Made by a program: the position numbers and the translations under genes
NCBI GenBank assembly: GCA_965216325.1
Contig: OZ244160.1
Span: 2,752,001-2,816,000, forward strand
Direction: 5' to 3'
Origin: Coraliomargarita sp.
Lineage (GTDB): Bacteria; Verrucomicrobiota; Verrucomicrobiia; Opitutales; Coraliomargaritaceae
Length of the DNA stretch: 64,000 nt
Shown here: one piece after another, positions 61,945-64,000 of the stretch
How positions within the stretch are numbered: the first letter of the stretch is position 1
Layout of the letters: every line of letters starts with the position of its first letter
The notes under the pieces: generated by a model
Databases searched by the model: none
What the model was told of the DNA's origin: nothing
What the model saw: the letters and a program-made list of their open reading frames with translations, nothing else

Positions 61945-62601
61945 CTACGCGAGTTTGAGCACGTCGGCAACCAGTTGATTGATGCCTCCTTCGGCCTCGA
62001 CGATGTTTTCTGCCAGCATGTAGGCTGGGGTTGTGACCACTTTGTTGGTGGTGTCGACTACGGTTTGGCCGACGGGGCAGTCGATATGTTGGGCGCCTTT
62101 GGCTGTCAGCGCAGCTGCAGTGTCCGCGTCGTTGCCGATAGTAACTTGCACGCCCTTATCGCCGAGTGCTGCGGCTGCGAGTGCCGGAGCGATACACATG
62201 AAGCCTAATGCTTTGCTGGTTGAGTGTGCTTGTTGAATAAGTTCCACTGCAGATTCAATGGCAGTGTAATCTGCGCCTTCAAAAGCAAGGTTGCACAGGT
62301 TCTTTGCCGCTCCAAAACCGCCGACAAAGATGATTGCGTCGAAATCGTCGACCTTGAGTTCTTCGAGTGCGGTGATCGGGCCACGTGATATGCGGGCTGC
62401 TTCAGCGAGCACGTTGCGAGTCTCGCCTTCGGCAGGGGCACCGGCAGCGTGGTTGATGACATGCGCTTGTTCGATGTCGGGAGCTGCACAGGTGATTTTC
62501 GCGCCCGCGCGTGTCAACGCGAGTAGGGTGAGCACCGCTTCGTGAATTTCGGCGCCATCATAGACGCCGCAGCCGGATAGAATAACAGCAACTTTTTTCA
62601 T
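61945..62601 (-). CDS. elbB: ElbB/ES1 family (DJ-1 superfamily) glyoxalase
   Basis: LSGCGVYDGAEIHEAV, GGFGAAKNL, CIAP, TTPAYM. Confidence 0.93.
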   Translation of the reverse strand: MKKVAVILSGCGVYDGAEIHEAVLTLLALTRAGAKITCAAPDIEQAHVINHAAGAPAEGETRNVLAEAARISRGPITALEELKVDDFDAIIFVGGFGAAKNLCNLAFEGADYTAIESAVELIQQAHSTSKALGFMCIAPALAAAALGDKGVQVTIGNDADTAAALTAKGAQHIDCPVGQTVVDTTNKVVTTPAYMLAENIVEAEGGINQLVADVLKLA

Positions 62602-62651
62602 GCTCTCTTAGTTAGCTGTTTTGTGCGCTTTGCCAAGTTCCTGATTGGAAA

Positions 62652-63662
62652 TTAGGCGAGTGTAAGCAGTACTAATATCGCTAGGCCGATGCGATACCAG
62701 GCAAACAGTGCCAGACCATGTTTGCTTAGGTAGGCAACCAGCCATTTGATCGCCAGTGCCGCCGCCACGAAGGCGACTAGGCAACCGACCAGAACCGGGC
62801 CTACGGAAAGGCCTTGGATCATTTCCGGTCCATCTTTTAGCATGGTGTATCCGGATGCGGCGCTGAGTGTGATGAGTCCTAGAAGGAAGCTGAACTCTGC
62901 GGCATGTGCAGGTGAGAGGCCCGCCATGTAGCCGCCCACGATAGTTGCCATCGAGCGGCTGGTCCCGGGCCACATGGCGAGGCATTGGATGCATCCGATC
63001 ATAAAGGCTTTGTGTAGTGGTAGGGTATAGATTGTGGGCCCGTCATAGGGGGGGATTGCACCTTGTTTACCTTTATGACGCCAGCGTTCGACGATGAGCA
63101 TGACGACTGCACCCACCACGAGTGCGCCAACCACCGCATGAATGTTATCGCCCAGGAACTCTTCGATCAAGTCGTTGAGCAGGAGGCCGATAACGGCTGC
63201 AGGCAGGAACGCGACGAGTAGGTTGAGTGCGAGTTGTCGTCCTTTCGGGTCAATGCCGACGATACCCATTATTATATGTAAGATACTCTCCCAGTAGAGC
63301 CAGACTACTGCGATGATCGCTCCGGCTTGAATCACGATTACGTAATCGTAAGCGGCTTCACCGATTGTGTAGGGGCGCGGAGTGCCGTCATCGCCCGTAA
63401 TCATAATTACTTGCCCGTCTTTTGTTGTGGCGGGAGTGTCGCCGTCGAGGCCCAGCACTGCATTGGTAAGGATTAGATGCCCGGTTGAAGAAACTGGCAG
63501 GTATTCGGTGATGCCTTCGACGAGTCCTAATACAATGGCATCTGAGTAGCTGAGTGCACGCGCTTGTTCTGCCTGTGCCGCTTCGGGTGTTTCGTTCGCT
63601 GAGGTAAGCAGTAGTAGTGTGCCGGCAAGCCAGCAAAAGAGAATGTTAATGGTCCGAAGCAT
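62652..63662 (-). CDS. uppP: Undecaprenyl-diphosphatase (BacA)
   Basis: GLVEGITEYLPVSSTGHL, IQAGAI, PGTSRS, AAEFSFLL, FAWYR. Confidence 0.95.
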   Translation of the reverse strand: MLRTINILFCWLAGTLLLLTSANETPEAAQAEQARALSYSDAIVLGLVEGITEYLPVSSTGHLILTNAVLGLDGDTPATTKDGQVIMITGDDGTPRPYTIGEAAYDYVIVIQAGAIIAVVWLYWESILHIIMGIVGIDPKGRQLALNLLVAFLPAAVIGLLLNDLIEEFLGDNIHAVVGALVVGAVVMLIVERWRHKGKQGAIPPYDGPTIYTLPLHKAFMIGCIQCLAMWPGTSRSMATIVGGYMAGLSPAHAAEFSFLLGLITLSAASGYTMLKDGPEMIQGLSVGPVLVGCLVAFVAAALAIKWLVAYLSKHGLALFAWYRIGLAILVLLTLA

Positions 63663-63874
63663 AAGGGCGGTTAGCTATAGCTGCATCGTGAGAGATGTGA
63701 AGGGCAAAAGCTCTGTTCTGGATCACAAAGTCGCGCGCGGGCGAGTCTGTTCGTCTTCGGGAATATGTTAAAAACCATTGAATGGCTTACTACGAAATCG
63801 ACCGTATATGATGAGTGTGGTATTTTTGCTTGTGGTTAGTTTCGGAAGTCATTGCTTTCCCTAGCGTCACAGTC

Positions 63875-64000
63875 ATGCACGATATCGAAACACTTACCCA
63901 GGCCGTCACGAGCGGTGAATCTCTCAGTCTCGAATCCGCGAGCGGCGCAGCTCAAGCCTTGGCAAGTCCAGAGGTTGCGGCTGTATCGAAGAAAGCCTTT
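63875..64000 (+). CDS. Start of a CDS, possibly anthranilate phosphoribosyltransferase (partial)
   Basis: MHDIETLTQAVTSGESLSLESASGAAQALAS...KKAF resembles the TrpD N-terminal helical domain; only 42 codons are visible. Confidence 0.4.
   Translation, partial: MHDIETLTQAVTSGESLSLESASGAAQALASPEVAAVSKKAF

Overview
Chromosomal window from a Verrucomicrobiota bacterium (Opitutales, Coraliomargarita-like, judged from 16S signatures and gene content). The core backbone is tex, signalling kinases, a U32 protein with ferredoxin, nspC, rpmH-rnpA-yidD-yidC, oleA/oleB-like genes, lrp-aminotransferase-der, a full rRNA operon (16S-Ala-Ile-23S-5S), a PilB locus, gap-pgk-tpiA, rpmF-plsX-fabH-bamD-lptE, elbB and uppP. 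An accessory block at about 10.8-30.9 kb holds three things. (i) A complete chromosomal integron: long IntI, attI, two cassettes and a stub. Its second attC is split by an antisense group IIC-attC intron whose EBS1 (ACCA) matches its TGGT target, and its first cassette has a self-complementary non-canonical GAT/ATC core. (ii) A nitrate-assimilation cluster with sigma54-like promoters, a DmsB-DmsC-like fusion and a diflavin reductase. (iii) Two divergent IS110-family (IS1111-like) elements, each inserted at an AG core inside a different REP palindrome. The strongest signal is in (iii): the 3' non-coding region of each IS carries a bridge/seek-RNA-like loop whose guide segments match that element's own flanking target, while the donor-matching segment is identical in both. 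This looks like a natural pair of differently programmed RNA-guided recombinases. All calls come from reading the sequence; no searches or folding were run.
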